Shown here: positions 11,561 to 23,744 of the stretch, in pieces
How the letters are laid out: every line of letters starts with the position of its first letter
Numbering within the stretch: the first letter of the stretch is position 1
NCBI GenBank assembly: GCA_000934665.2
Contig: JYFJ02003222.1
Location: 1-46,112 of the forward strand
DNA: 46,112 nt
Direction of reading: 5' to 3'
Source: Catajapyx aquilonaris
Taxonomy: Eukaryota
Notes under the pieces: model-generated
What the model was told of the DNA's origin: nothing
The model's input: the letters and a program-made list of their open reading frames with translations, nothing else
Database searches by the model: none
Made by a program: the position numbers and the translations under genes

Positions 11561-12216
11561 CTCAGAAATAGGGTCTATCTAGATTCGAATTGTTACAGAT
11601 ACAATCTTATTATAATAATTTTATGATTATGAAAATGACCTAAAAGGAACATCCAATGCATAGCCTTTTCAGTCGTTTACGATGTTCGGATCCAATATTA
11701 TAATGACACCCTTTGTCATAAATAAGATGTTAGGCTGTCAGGCTTTGGTATTTCATGCGTTTGAGAGATATATTGACATTTTTTGGACTTTTATTTCTAA
11801 CTTAACTATTTGCCAATGCACGGATAATCGGCAGCAGCCAGCAAGACAATATTCCCAGGAAGGGATATCACACAATGCCTGAAATTGTGGTAGAGAGAGA
11901 GAGAGAAAAGAATCACAACGTGGCAAAAGCCAACAGACGACAGTGTGCTCAATAATGTGCCAATGAAATAATTGGCAAAAGGATTATAATATAATGGATG
12001 CCCTGTGATGGGCCTCCTTGGGCCTCTTAGGACCTTATGACCTAAGACCTATATGATAAGTGTAAATCAATTCCTTCTGCAGTGTAATAATTGAGGTGAT
12101 AGCTAGAGCACACATTTGCTGACGCAACTGGTATGTTTAGTCTACTTCCGCAATATTGACATGGACACTCTTCCCTTCATGAATCCGAGCTTAGTGTGGG
12201 AACGAACATCGAAGCG

Positions 12217-13995
12217 ATGTTTCTCATAAAATATTTTCTCCTTTTTTCGTCAGTGTGCAGAGGACTCTTTGAACTCAAGTTTGACAATGCAGGCAACGAA
12301 ATGATGTTATTTAAAGATTTTCTCAACGAGTTCGTGAGACACCCTCAAATATCAAGTTGCACTTTAAACCTGATGATGGACAGCAACACAGTTCTGTCAC
12401 CTGCTTCCGGAGTTTCATCAGATCTTTACATGCCCCAGTTAGTGCACAACGCATCAAGACAGTTGGTTCCGGTGCTTTTGTCTCATGTGGTGCCTCTGCG
12501 CTCTGGCCAGTGTGTCTTGCACGTCTACTACTGTCACCCACCACACATGTCTGAATATGTTAATTTCACCCTGTATGACATCAAGTTCGGAAACGCTGCC
12601 AAGACAGACTACCACCTTTTCCACGGCGGTGATTTGCCAATGGATGACGTCTTGAAGGACCCACACTTGAAGTTCAAGCTGGGGATTGAAGGATTGAGAA
12701 GGGAATCAGAGGACTTGGTTGGAAAGTGGCTGCAGGTTTGTCACTTCTGCGACAAAGGTGAGGTCAAAATCACTCCTGAGGAAGTCCGTGGTATTCCCAG
12801 CAACGAACTGTTTCCTGACACTACCAGGGATTTTCATGGGAAACCACTTGTAATGTTGCTGCCTTATCACTTATTTGGTTATATAATTTGCCAAGTCCTA
12901 AAGTGCACCTTGGATGATACTATTGGTCGTTTTCATCCTCGAGACGTACAAGTAAAAGGCGGGTTATATATATCTTTCTGGACTGATGTCACTGAAGAGG
13001 AAAAAGATTACTTGGCATACTTAAATCAGCCTACGGCGATGGAAAGAACTGTTTTCGTCACTAAAAGCGTACCTCCGAAATTATCTTGGGATACGCTAAT
13101 CAAACCATTCACGTGGAAAACGTGGTTGTACTTGTCATTTCTAACATTTTTGAATTTGATCATTGCTTACTTGCTCTCCAATTCAAGATATGTTGACGAA
13201 GAAACTTCGGTTTTCGCATACTTATACTTTCACATGTTACCTACATTCTTTGGGCAAGGTGTGACACGAAATACTCGATCTGGGGCGATGAAGAGCTTAT
13301 TCATATTTTGGGCCATTTTCTGTGTAATAATATCTACCCTGTACATCTCAAAAGTGACATCCTTCCTCACGAATCCTGGTTCCTTCAGATTTGAATCGAT
13401 GGAGGACTTAATCAAGCTTAATTATCGGTGGGGGATTCATCCATTCTTTTTTCGAGATATCTACAACTCTTCTAAAGACAAAGTCATGGGTGTAATTGGC
13501 AGCAAAATGATAATATATAACTTATTTGAAGATTGCCTGATGCGCGTCATTGATGACGATCACTTTGCCTGTTTTGGCCTGGAAACTTTTTTTCGTTTGT
13601 ATTACGCCGGAGATTTCAGGAACGAGCTTCGTGAGAATCAAGTAGATTTTACTCTAACTGAACTTCCTACTGATATGCTTCTTGCCAAGGTCCACAAACA
13701 TTACCCTTACTATGATAGCTTAAACCGAGCTCTGTCGCCTCTTTGGTGGTCAGGAATTTACACCCTCAATTGTAAAGTTCTTGTGGAGCAGATGCAGTAC
13801 TTAAAAAACTACCATCTGTACAAAGCAGGACTGTTGGAAGATGTCACCGGTCCAATTAAAATTGGCCTCAGAGGAGTCGTAGTCCCCATTTGTTTTCTTG
13901 CCTTTGGTTGGACCATAACATTTATATTATTTATTGAGGAAGTAGTGAAGGGACGGAAGCGTACTTCCCCAATGAGATACCCCTTTTTAAGATAA
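12217..13995 (+). CDS. Divergent ionotropic receptor, copy 4 (intronless; ATG at 12217)
   Basis: Same motifs (KPFTW, STLYISKVTSF, FESMEDL). The ORF track starts at an upstream GTG. Confidence 0.88.
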   Translation: MFLIKYFLLFSSVCRGLFELKFDNAGNEMMLFKDFLNEFVRHPQISSCTLNLMMDSNTVLSPASGVSSDLYMPQLVHNASRQLVPVLLSHVVPLRSGQCVLHVYYCHPPHMSEYVNFTLYDIKFGNAAKTDYHLFHGGDLPMDDVLKDPHLKFKLGIEGLRRESEDLVGKWLQVCHFCDKGEVKITPEEVRGIPSNELFPDTTRDFHGKPLVMLLPYHLFGYIICQVLKCTLDDTIGRFHPRDVQVKGGLYISFWTDVTEEEKDYLAYLNQPTAMERTVFVTKSVPPKLSWDTLIKPFTWKTWLYLSFLTFLNLIIAYLLSNSRYVDEETSVFAYLYFHMLPTFFGQGVTRNTRSGAMKSLFIFWAIFCVIISTLYISKVTSFLTNPGSFRFESMEDLIKLNYRWGIHPFFFRDIYNSSKDKVMGVIGSKMIIYNLFEDCLMRVIDDDHFACFGLETFFRLYYAGDFRNELRENQVDFTLTELPTDMLLAKVHKHYPYYDSLNRALSPLWWSGIYTLNCKVLVEQMQYLKNYHLYKAGLLEDVTGPIKIGLRGVVVPICFLAFGWTITFILFIEEVVKGRKRTSPMRYPFLR

Positions 13996-15283
13996 AAATC
14001 CGCAATTAATACGATAGGCTATACAGTATAGTATTTTTCAGCATTACACCCATATGTCAGAGGGAAATGTATCTTGTCTGCATTCATCGTTTTATACATC
14101 TTTTGTGGCTGGTGTCTGTGCATGTTTGGCACCCACGCGTACACATCCTGCACCTGCAACTAATTATAACTTACAACAATAAATTTCCAAAATTTTATAG
14201 TTTCACCTTTCTTTAAGTAGTGAAGCTGTGGGAATAATAGTGAAATGCATGTAGCCTATAATTATGTCTTATTGTTTGTGATAAAGTGTATACAGTACAT
14301 AGCAATAAGAGAGAATGCACATGTAGCATTTTAATACCTTGCTACTGTTTACTGTAATTTACACATTACTTTCGTTATTATTGCAGGACTAACGTGAACA
14401 ATTGAAAACAATGTTGTATACTGTGCTTTTAAACATTAATATTTGCAATATAAATATGAAACCAGTGTTATGCCATCGTGCATATTTTAGTGCATTATTG
14501 TCTGAGACTTAGAAGGAGTTTCACTTTGTAGCATAAAACATCAATCACGATTCTCATAAGTCCTCTCTGAGATTAGAGAAGACGTAATGATATTGTATTA
14601 ACAATATAATACCACCATCTACACTCCATTGCTAGCAGTCATAAACAATGTCTTTGGCTTTGGACAAACTACAGTAATTATATTATAATGACGCTGAATG
14701 GCTTTTATTCTTTCAAGTTCGAGTATTCACTGGGAAACAATATTTCCAGTGGTGACATGACAAAGCCCTTTGCAGCATATTTGCAACATCTTGGAGATTT
14801 GGCTCTTCAATATAATCCAAAATTACTGAGATAATAATGTCTTTCCTAAAAAGTTCCATCATCTGCTCGTATGCTGGGGACCACCATACTGTTTTAAGAA
14901 TCTGTTATGTAATATGCTTATACTGTCAGTAATGCTCAAGAATTTAGACGTTCAATAGCCGTTGTCATTATTTTCAATTACAATATATTGTATAGCTGTT
15001 ACTTTCTGTTAAATTACTTTATCTGTGTGCAATGGTGAATGTACTGTATAAAACAGCGCTTGCAAACATCACATGCGCCTTTTCTTTTCCAGTCGTTGAC
15101 GTTCCCTCGGGGATTTCAACAACGCATTTTTCTTCTTCCTGTAAACCCAAGTGTAAAACATCCTCATGTAACCACGGTTTAATTATCCCCGAACGTGTAA
15201 AAATGGTAAGTAAATAGGCCTACAATCAGGTTAAAAGCTTGCACTAGAGCGAAGTGTCATTATGAAACCTACCCAGAAATGAG

Positions 15284-15507
15284 CCAGTTATTATTGACCT
15301 ATTTCACAACATGATATACTGTGAACGGCCAATAATAAATTTATGAGTCGGAGTTACTCCCACTTCCAAAGAGACATGAACATGACAAAGGCGTGTGATC
15401 TTTCAATGTCAAAGGTGTACTCCACCTGCTTATACATGAAGGTTAGTGAACATTGACAGTATATATCGACCCTACACATACGCAACTCACACTGAGCAAT
15501 GGCCACC
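15284..15507 (+). repeat. Duplicated non-coding block, copy 2 (between IR4 and gene B)
   Basis: Direct-repeat partner of 11330-11560. Confidence 0.85.
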
Positions 15508-15780
15508 AAACAAACCCATGAAACAAACGCATACTAATCTTCTATAGCAATAAGCTATACTGTACTGTGTGGCGGCACATATGACCTGGCTGTCAACTTC
15601 ATAATTAAGTCAAGTGTCAACCCTAGTCAACCACATGTTTCTTACGATCATAATTTATGCACTATTGATTGATTTCAATACCTCGTGCTAAGACCAAAAT
15701 CCTCTTTTGAGGGAGATCATGAATTATTATTTATTAATTACTACCTGATCTTAATTTTTAATACATAATATAGTTTAGCT

Positions 15781-15903
15781 ACCGTATCACACAATACGGT
15801 TGGAAAAAGAATCCGTTCCCTATTCAGGTCCGTTCCTTTTCTAATCGATTCCAAAGTTGTCCCTATAGCCAGGGTGAGGAATGCGCCCAACAACATGGCG
15901 TCC
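15781..15903 (+). promoter_or_regulatory. Probable gene B promoter: CCGTAT-N6-ATACGG palindrome and YY1/Pho-like CAACATGGCG
   Basis: Both motifs recur in the same order upstream of gene C. Confidence 0.5.
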
Positions 15904-16111
15904 TATCCATGAATATATTTTCTCACATTTCTTTCTAATAATTCTGCAAGAGTCTTCCTGGAGTCCCTTTTCCTCCTGTGAACTCAAGAATTGTGCCAGA
16001 TTAGACACTTCTGAATGGTACATTGGTTGTAAGTCCAATTGTAGCACTTTACCTGTAACGCAAGTGTAACACACTATTATAATTTTTATAGGTCCAGCCT
16101 TGCCGTACGCA

Positions 16112-18451
16112 ATGGATGCATTTGCTGTGATTATAGGTGCTGCTGGGCATCAGGGCAACGGAATGTCAGCGTCGGCTGCTGGTAATGGTAATGGGGAGGT
16201 GTTGCAAATGCTGTGTGGGATATACCAAATGCTGGAGAGGAGTCTGGCGCAGTCGGACAGGATCGAGAAGAAGCTGGATGAGGTTGAGAAGAGAGTTGGG
16301 AGGCTAGAGGCCGTAATTCAGAGGGAGAGGGAAGAAAGTACTGCGCAAGGTCAGACGACATTGCACACTCTTAACATGGCTCCTTTAATGAGCATTAAAA
16401 GCCTAAAATTATTAAAAAGCAAAAAAAAAAGAGAAAAAGGCTCACATTAAAATTTTACAGGTGGAAGTTCTGAAGACCATACTATTTCTGACGTCAAGTG
16501 TGAAGCAGAAAAGTGTTTCATTCAAGAACGTCCTGGCAGGAGCCGTGACGCCTACATGCCGGCAACAGATTTAACAGCGTTCAAGCAGGTGAATTTATTC
16601 GAATGTGATTTTGTTTTTGATTCTGCAAATGTTTGTATTAGATATTAACTGAACCACAAATTGGACTGTCACTTGGAAAATACTATTCTTGGAATGATAT
16701 AATCTGCATGTCACCTCAGCTGTTGTTAAAAACACAAGAAATTTAGTTCATTATTTTTGTGAACGAATAGTTCCATGCACTAAGTTATATTTGAATGCTG
16801 TATCATATATGCATTAAAAAATTGCATCATTTATGACATTGGCTTCTGTTTTCGGTTTAGGAGAATTGGAATCCAGACCCCACAGAATTGACACAAGACG
16901 AGAACATAGATGAGACTGATGAAATTGGCCATGAAGATCCTCTTCGCATGGAAGTATATCATTCTGCAAGTGATCCGCTGGGATTTGTCCTATCCGCAGG
17001 AAATCAGGCAAGCCTACAGATAGTGTTGAATATACTTCATCTAAACTTACCCTTTTGTAAGTCTGCCAGCCAATCATGTATATACACCATTTATATACGT
17101 ATGTTATAGGCTGGCACAACTGGCAGGAAGCAAAGAGCAGTACTTTCGAGATGTGCCACACATGCATTACAGCTTTGTAATGATAATTTGTATTACTCAT
17201 TAAAACTGCGCTGAATGTGAGTGTTTCCAAATGGTATGAAGACATACACACTTTGGTACACCCAGATCGCATGTGTGCTGAAACATCATTTACATTGAGA
17301 ACCTAGCATCAAGCTGAATTACACTGTTGATGGAAATAATGTTTTGTATTTGGACATGGCACAAGTATAATCAATTTTTCCGATTTTATTGTTATCACTT
17401 TCAGGATTGGAAGCAAGTTATGAGATTAAAATTCAGCCATTTCAAGTTCACACCAGGCTTACACAAGCTACTTACAAACACAGAGATGGTCCCCCAAGAG
17501 CACTGCAAGCTGTTGTCTCTAGCCAAAGATGAAGTCATCAAGTTCTTGGAGTAAGATTACTTCAGAGTACTGTTTCTTGTGTTTTAGACTTGAGTCACAT
17601 TGCTATCAAGGCGTCTTTCTTCACTCTACACTCTTGTTTCCATTCACTATCTATCGCTATCTATCCTGCATTCTTATGCAGTAACAAGATAGCCGTAGTT
17701 TCTTCGTCTTCTTTCCACTCAAATAACCACCTGGGCACATGGGGATCACCTTAATCCAGGAGAGTCCGTGAAATTTTTAACTGATACAAAATGTTAGCTC
17801 AATTCTGAAGCACATGATATGTGACACTGTTTATTTTACTATTTTGCTTTCTTTACAGTGAGGAAGAGTTAATTGAAACAAGAAATACGAGATGTGCTGG
17901 ACTTCAATATAAATACCTGGGTGATCTCATTTGCAGTACTTACCCTGATTTCCAGTGGGATAAGTGGAAAAGAAAGGATAAAGAGCTCGTGCCAGCACAT
18001 CAGAGGCAGGTTAGTACAGTGGTGGAAATTAATGGATATCCACAAGTATGACCATCTGGCGGAGTTTGCCCTCTACATGAAGCTGCTTCGTCCATTAATT
18101 TCCACCACTTTACATACATTATGGCAGGAATTATATTAGTCAGAGAAGTATCTAAATTATAATAAGACAGGCACTGTTATAACTATAAACTGGATGTTCT
18201 GACAACAACCAAACAATCCTTAGTTACAGCAGTTTCTGTTATAAAAATAGAAAACTGCGTTTGGTGACATACTGTAGAAAATTAATGGAACTACTTACTT
18301 TGGTATATACAAATGTGGCAATTTCATTTTACAGCAGTTTTTCATTAGAACACTTGCTGAAAGGAGGCGCATGCGACGGCTGCGAAAGATTTGGCAAGGA
18401 CCGAGGAAGAAAACTTCAATGGAAAACGTGCAGTGCACCCCCATGTCTTAG
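16112..18451 (+). CDS. Gene B: coiled coil + acidic linker + unknown helical/basic C-terminal domain, about 308 aa; exons 16112-16349, 16461-16588, 16861-17007, 17405-17550, 17859-18009, 18335-18451
   Basis: Exons splice in frame (phases 1,0,0,2,0) and match gene C exon for exon. Intron 3 needs a GC donor. Confidence 0.82.
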
Positions 18452-19833
18452 GTTACCATTTAAAAAATAGTTTGGAAACACATGTGAATTCAGAAACTTC
18501 GACACACTTGTGCCATTGGTGAGTCCATGATCATGGGTAAACTTGAAAGCCCTGCCGAGAGTATTACATTGTTTTTACATTCTCCCACTACTCCTGGGCG
18601 TAGTGTGTTGTTCCCTAAATGATTCTCATCAGGTGTATTCTGTTAGACCTGGACACTTTTGCATCTCCGACTGAAGTTTTATTAAGTCCACTGTCGCAAA
18701 GTACAGTGTAAGTACGAGTACAAATGGGATTATTATATGTGTTGAGACCTTACTCAAAATTTAATAGGAAACGTTCTATTTACGTCGTATTCATTATTAG
18801 CCATTAGTATCCAGATCAGAAATCATAATGAGTTAAATATTTGACAAATAAAGAAGTCGCTATTAGTTTAACTACCTAGGAATTAGATTCCTGAAAGTAC
18901 GAGAAATTGAGTAATTTAATTTTTAATTGAGTATAGTGGAAACTTGAAATAAAGGTCTTCTATTGACTTTTATTTTCCTCTTCAGAAGTAGAGCTTTTGT
19001 GTACCCATTTTTGATGAAGTGCCTGGGTCCGCAAGCAGGGCAGGGTGACTGGGAGGTGCAGGATGCACATGTAATGTTGTTGCTTGGCCATTCTGTGAGT
19101 TCACCCGGATATCTATGCACCTGGGCGGTTAGCAGCTATGAAGCAGGTGTACGCCAGTGTATGGCGTATACCCATAGGGTAAAAGCGACATGTTAGACTA
19201 TATGCAACTATACACTGCGCTGAGTATACCTTATATTTGGAATGGTGCCCAAGTCTTATTCGCTTCATTTCCCCTCCTGTTGTTTTTAAATTATAATACA
19301 CAGTAGGACTATAAACCACGTTATCTGCTGCCAATATCAAATGTATATTTTCTATGTACTGTTAGTGTAGTCGAATAAAACCTGCATAACATTTTTTTAC
19401 AAAAGCATTCTTAGCTCAATATTCTGCAAAAAAATATGCTCGTGTATTTATATGTGTTTGTCAAGTGTAGAAATATTGGTAGGCCTAATTTACCTCGAGG
19501 CGCATTCGCCCGATACGATTAATTTTCAGTCATGAACATTATGCGCCAAATTGCAGAAAAATTACTTTACTTCATTACGTTATTATTACAATTAACAGAC
19601 ATATTCTGCTGGAAGTGGAACAGTCATAATATCTGATTGACAAAATAATAGAAAAATTTCCCAAGTAAATTGGGATCTTCGTTTTTATTGAAAGAACGAG
19701 GTGCATATTTTTACTAGTCCATAAAACGGGAGGAACAGCAACGTATTGTGCTGTACCTGCTTTGTATCTTATTAACACCCTTACATTAAATTAATCAATA
19801 TGTATTAATAGTTATTAACAAAAAAGTCCAATG

Positions 19834-19954
19834 CCGTATCACGCGATACGGTTAACTGGCAGTCCATCGTTCCTACTAATACTATCCCTTATTTCTGAAC
19901 CGTTCCGAACTGATCATGGCGCACTGGTAGGAATGCGTCTTCCAATATGGCGTC
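19834..19954 (+). promoter_or_regulatory. Probable gene C promoter: CCGTAT-N6-ATACGG palindrome and YY1/Pho-like CAATATGGCG
   Basis: Paralogous to 15781-15903. Confidence 0.5.
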
Positions 19955-20237
19955 TTGTGTAATGATTTTTTTCTTTTCTTCTTTTGTCGGCTGCCAATAA
20001 TGAGTCGCTTTGAGTGAAAATTCGCATGTTATTCATACACCAGGAGGACATACTGAACAGGCAATTACTGTAAGTATAACTAGAACGCATTTGGAGAATT
20101 TTGCAATTTGTTTATACCGGTCCATACTTTGCAATATGATATTAATATTTATCAGCCGGTGTAGTACGGATGTGACACTTAATGGAATGTAAGTACACCA
20201 GATAATTGTAGAGTGCAACGACTAGGTACATCAGCTC

Positions 20238-20287
<50 letters not shown>
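20238..20287. repeat. (AAT)n microsatellite
   Basis: About 16 AAT units, with GGTACATCAGCTCATAA occurring on both sides. Confidence 0.95.
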
Positions 20288-20424
20288 CCGGGTACATCAG
20301 CTCATAAACTAGTAGATGTAACGAGCGATGGCATTAATTCACACCTTTTTTTTACAGGCAGCTGGAATACATATTTGGCACACTTGCTGTGTGACTACTT
20401 ATTGGACAAAGTAATTTCGACAAA

Positions 20425-22173
20425 ATGTCAACCGCAGATGGTAATGGGGATGTGTTGCGGATGCTGCAAGGGATATACCAAATGCTGGAGAGGAGTCTGG
20501 CCCAGTCGGACAGGATCGAGAAGAAGGTGGATGAAGTTGAGAAGAGAGTTGGGAGGCTAGAGGTCATAATTCAGAGGGAGAGGGAAGGGAGGGAAAGTAG
20601 CGGCCAAGGTGAGACTAAAAACAGCATAATTTAATTCAGTCATGCACTTGAAAACACATTAATTTTCCATTACTATGGATGGCATAAGCAGTATATTGTA
20701 CATTTTTTTACTAAAATCCTACCCTAGTTCTGTAGTATAAATGCACTGTCCTGACAGATTACAGTTCTGAAGAACATCCTGTCACCGATGTGATTAAGTA
20801 TGAACCGGAAGAGTCTGTTGAAGCTCACATAACTGCGGAAAGTACCAGCAGCAGCAACGCTGCCTACATCCGGACAACAGATTTTAGTCGCACCTTACGA
20901 AACGAGGTGACGAGATTACATTCTGATTTTATTAAAACAATTGTTGTTGTATTGTGTTCCAAGTATGTTTCCAGTTTTACAGGGAAATTTAACGTGGCGT
21001 AATTGATGTAACACAAAATCATGCGTTGCTAATGTCGATGTGCATTCTGTTTTTGGTTAGGATGATTGGAAGGAAGAGCCTGCAGAATTTGCACAAGATG
21101 AGAACATGGATGAAACTGATGATTTAACTCATGAAGATCCTCTTCAGAGAGAAGCGTATGTAACTGGCCATCCTTCGGATAATCAACCAGCTGCAGCAAA
21201 TCAGGTGCAGATGCAGATATGTAGTACATATATGCTAAATATGGTTTGCAGCTATGTAATTGTTACGTCATATGTAAAAATTGCATTGAATGATTCATTT
21301 TCAAAGGACTCTAAGTGCTCTAATGACCATGATACAAAAGTCTGGACTCAGTTGCAAAAATGTAAGCTACATTTGTATTGATGAAACAGCTTCATTGTCA
21401 CACATTAATGTCCATGGATGAATGGATGGATGAAACAAGTTTTTTGAAACATGAAATTGGCAAGATCAATTTTTCTAATAATTACTCTTTGCAATTACAG
21501 GATTGGAAGCACAAAATGAGGGACAAATTTAACAGTTTCTGTTTCACAGCAGCACTAGAAAAGCTAATTACAAACATAGAGATGACTCGGCAAGAGCACA
21601 GCAAGCTCGTGTCTGTCGCCAAAGATGAAGTCATCTCCTTCTTGGAGTAAGTTTATTCCAAAGCATTCTATGCTCTCAGTTCTATTGCCATCAATGATTC
21701 GTTTACAGCAGGGAAAAGTTAATTCAAACACGCAACACTAGAAACGCCGGACTTCAGTACAGATACCTGGGACATCTTATACGAAGCTCATACCCTAATT
21801 TTCAGTGGGACATGTGGAAAGGAGGCAGTGAAAAGCCTGTGCTACCTACTCAGAGGCAGGTTAGTATACATAAATGGCAGGAATATTTTTTTCACAAACA
21901 TGTCCAAATAATTTTGTGCGACTGAGCCAAGCGTTGCGTTTGGATTATCTCAACCGGTTTTTGGACCTGGTGTATTTTTGTGTTGGACTAGTAACTTCGC
22001 ATTTAACGTAGAATTATGTCGATGTAAATTTTACAAGTCGAAACTTCAATTTACAGCAGCTGTTCATTGGGAGACTCGCTGATAGGAGACGCAGAAGACG
22101 GCTTCGAAAGTCATGGCAAGGTCCGACTAAAAATAGCAACATGGTACACTTGCAATGTACCCCCATTACTTAA
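20425..22173 (+). CDS. Gene C: paralog of B, about 296 aa; exons 20425-20608, 20758-20906, 21061-21204, 21501-21646, 21709-21859, 22057-22173
   Basis: In-frame GT-AG splicing. The last three exons have the same lengths as in B (146, 151, 117 nt) and conserved AKDEVI.FL, AGLQY.YLG.LI...YP.FQWD.WK and FI..LA.RRR.RRLRK. Confidence 0.85.
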
Positions 22174-22745
22174 ATTTGCATTTATAATAATTTCCATAGT
22201 TTTATCAGAAGCATTTAAAATATTGGTAAGTTGAGGTCCTGAAGTGTTGTGACTTTTTTTTTTTTTCATTTTTGTATATGTATCGTACAAGAAATTTTTT
22301 AAATATTCAGGCTACACGTTTCTATGGGTTCCTCCTAGGCATTATGTACAAAGGTAACATGTAATGTAAGATAATAAAATTAATATCTGTAATATTAAGT
22401 ACATAATGTGTCGTCGTTACGAACAGTTCATGATCAGCCACCCGAATGCAGCCGGCATCAAACATGGCGACGTCGGAAATTCTCATTGTTCTTCTCTGAA
22501 TTTTGTCCCACTTATTTGTCCTGGTTCTGGAAGGATTATCTGGACGTCCGTGTGAGTATTGGGTCAGGACAAATCAGTGTTTAAGATGGTGAAGTAAGAT
22601 GGTGAGTTTGGCTATGCAGAGGGGGGCTCGCATGTTCATTTTTTGATGGGGAACGTAAGCTAATCGCATTAACGACGAGCTGAAATGACTGAATTTTAAT
22701 TAAAATTTTCATTGGTTTTCCTGACATGTTCTTACCGCAAGAAGA

Positions 22746-23694
22746 ATGATGGAAGCAGGATCTGTGAATGATGCGGGCATAGCGATCTCGGTGGATATGG
22801 AACAAGATGTTCTTCAGATGCTGCATGGTATCTACCAGTTGTTGGAGAAGAGTCTGGTTCAGTCGGATAGGATTGAGAAGAAGGTGGAGGAGGTGGAGAA
22901 GAGGGTAGAACGGATTGAGAAAGCTATCCAGAAGAGGACAAGCGAGAGAGGAGAAGGAGAGGGGCAAGGTACATGACTGGAGTTGACAGTTTTGTCACTT
23001 CCTTATCTAAGGTTGATGGGGCTTGATAACTTTGTAGCAAATGGATTATTTTTGGTTCATTATGTAAGTTAATATCTGCTGTCATGTTATTGAGGTGAAC
23101 GCTATGAAGGTGCAAAGTCCACATTGTCGCACTAGGTGACAAATGCGGCGTGGTGGGGGTTTTTATGTCACAGAAATGAATGTGAGCTGTCACACTGAAG
23201 CAGCTCAATCTGGTTGAAGTTCTTACCACACTATCCTTTAAAAACTTTTACATATTTTTTTCTTTCACAAGGCAAATAATACCAACATGACACATTTATG
23301 GCTTAATTATTTCAATTCTGCTGCTAAAAAATTTTGATTTTTAAAATGTTAGTGAAAAAACCCAATGGTTATTTTGTGGAGAAAGACGTGAGTTTCGCCA
23401 ATACTCATATATGCAGGATGTTCCTTCCCAGTATGTTGTCCAGGCAGCGACATACTTATTGTCCAAAAACAAGTCAAAAATGTAGTGTGGAGAAATGTTG
23501 AGAGACCAAAAGGTAATGGGAGAGACGACCAGAAACATTGGCTTGCCCTTAGACACATGTGTCACCACACCTCTTTGTAGGGAGATAACCTGACAGGTAG
23601 ACCTGCATACTTACAGTGGTTGCCTAGAGAGCAGGATATGAGGAATAGCAATCACTAGGCACCAACTTGCCAAAATTAGGCAAAATTGCCAAAG

Positions 23695-23744
<50 letters not shown>

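Noticed and set aside
3736..12666. Recurring minus-strand ORFs (MLGDNS..., MWVLQ...)
   Set aside because: They recur only because the sense-strand IR genes are paralogous.
16589..18720. Intronic or 3' C/D-box snoRNAs
   Set aside because: Scattered ATGA/CTGA words only, with no convincing terminal stem or conservation between the B and C introns.
20213..20560. Poly-asparagine ORF
   Set aside because: Translation of an (AAT)n microsatellite upstream of gene C, out of frame with the conserved coiled coil.
22120..22173. Suspected frameshift in the last exon of gene C
   Set aside because: On recount the exon is 117 nt as in B and ends in frame (MVHLQCTPIT*).
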